Source: Bispira polyomma
Lineage: Eukaryota
DNA length: 64,000 nucleotides
Assembly (NCBI GenBank): GCA_965649765.1
Contig: OZ287754.1
Coordinates: 1,550,001-1,614,000, forward strand
Reading direction: 5' to 3'
A program made the translations under genes and the position numbers. Each line of letters opens with the position of its first letter. Positions within the stretch are counted from its first letter, which is position 1. The notes below the pieces were generated by a model. It was given only the letters and a program-made list of their open reading frames with translations, was not told the DNA's origin and did no database searches. Below, piece after piece: positions 63,214-64,000 of the stretch.

Positions 63214-64000
63214 GTGATGTTGAATGCTTGAACTCTGCAGCTTAACATATTTACACTAGGAATTAATTGAGGCAAAATCTCATCTTTGAGTTCTTCGTCT
63301 GAAATTGTTTTGTTAATATCTCGTTCTGACACTGACTTACGAACTATTTGCTATAATCAAGGCTAATGTAACGACTGTAAAACCTAAAGACACTAATAAC
63401 ATGATAAATTGGGGGTGGAATATCAATATACTAATGATTTGGTCAGCCAATGTTCTGTTTGTTAACTTATTATCAAACATCAACTAGTGAACATCATCAA
63501 GGTAGCTTTTAAGGCAATTAAATGTAGAGGTTTTATTTCTATTTGATCAATGAACACAAAGTTCTGTATCAGCATAGAAATTATACTTGATTGATTTGTA
63601 CTTCTTAATGACACGACTGGGGGTGCTGTGTATAAGAAAAATAGAAGTGGACCCAAAACTGAGTCATGGGGTACAGCAAACTCTAACTTAAGCATATCTG
63701 ACAGAGCAGAATCTATTCTAACTGCTTGGTATTGATCTGAGAGATATGAAATAAGCCATTTTAAGACAGTGCCTTGGAAACCAAACCATGATGACAAACA
63801 GTCAAAAAGTACGCTATAATCAATTGTATCTGAAGAAGCAAACAGATCAAGCAACATTAATGCCGTGGGTTCACCTCTGGATAAGGAAATGTGTATATCG
63901 TACTTTACAGACTATAAAGCTGTTCTTGTGGAATGACCATGCTTGTAGGCTGATTGATTTGAATTTTTCAGTCCATTGGAATTTAAGTGCTCTGTTAGTT

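Larger units (their letters stand above)
41713..64000 (-). repeat. Tandem array of 23 units (last partial, continues beyond window); unit = dead L2/CR1 LINE RT fragment with embedded tRNA-Asp(GTC)
   Basis: The same 125-aa and 80-aa ORFs recur with periods of 977-978 or 1025-1027 bp; one unit is 559 bp. They translate to LINE ORF2 motifs TPLIKKPSL..KNYRPVS, QSAYK.GHST, LLDLFASSDTID (cf. LLDLSAAFDTIDH), VPHDSVLGP (cf. VPQGSVLGP) and YADT (cf. YADDT). Confidence 0.98.

Noticed and set aside
41773-63857. Repeated 125-aa and 80-aa ORFs as a functional multicopy RT gene, retron or DGR-like system
   Set aside because: They are pieces of one broken LINE ORF2: shared stop and frameshift, YADD missing an Asp, and mostly non-ATG starts. 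They cannot encode an active RT.
41713-64000. CRISPR array, or head-to-tail target-specific retrotransposon insertions into tRNA genes
   Set aside because: No unique spacers or cas genes. Units lack LINE 3' ends, poly-A tails, TSDs and variable 5' truncation, and share identical breakpoints, which indicates DNA-level amplification.

Overview
AT-rich eukaryotic DNA, probably from a marine invertebrate; the SINE family resembles those I recall from molluscs, but the taxon is unconfirmed. No intact multi-exon host gene can be supported. Bases 1-41.7 kb are mostly decayed transposons: (1) a 4,236-bp internally deleted Polinton/Maverick with AGTAGT..ACTACT TIRs and a perfect 6-bp TSD; (2) three decayed minus-strand tyrosine-recombinase (DIRS/Ngaro-like) retrotransposons; (3) a 5'-truncated Penelope-like element followed by an intact intronless C2H2 zinc-finger ORF and a hammerhead-like motif, with the whole cassette bracketed by MITE halves; (4) L2/CR1 and L1/Tx1 LINE fragments and about 10 SINE copies. 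From 41,713 to the window end is a tandem array of 23 units (977/1025 bp, last one partial). Each unit is a dead L2/CR1-type LINE reverse-transcriptase fragment with a 72-nt tRNA-Asp(GTC) gene inside the RT reading frame, on the same strand; there are 22 tRNA copies. The array shows two 5'-flank classes (a 48-bp indel), transitions at all 8 tRNA CpGs, an invariant anticodon and D-arm, and a recurring haplotype with a broken acceptor stem and a shifted terminator. This LINE-scaffolded tRNA array is the most unusual structure in the window.
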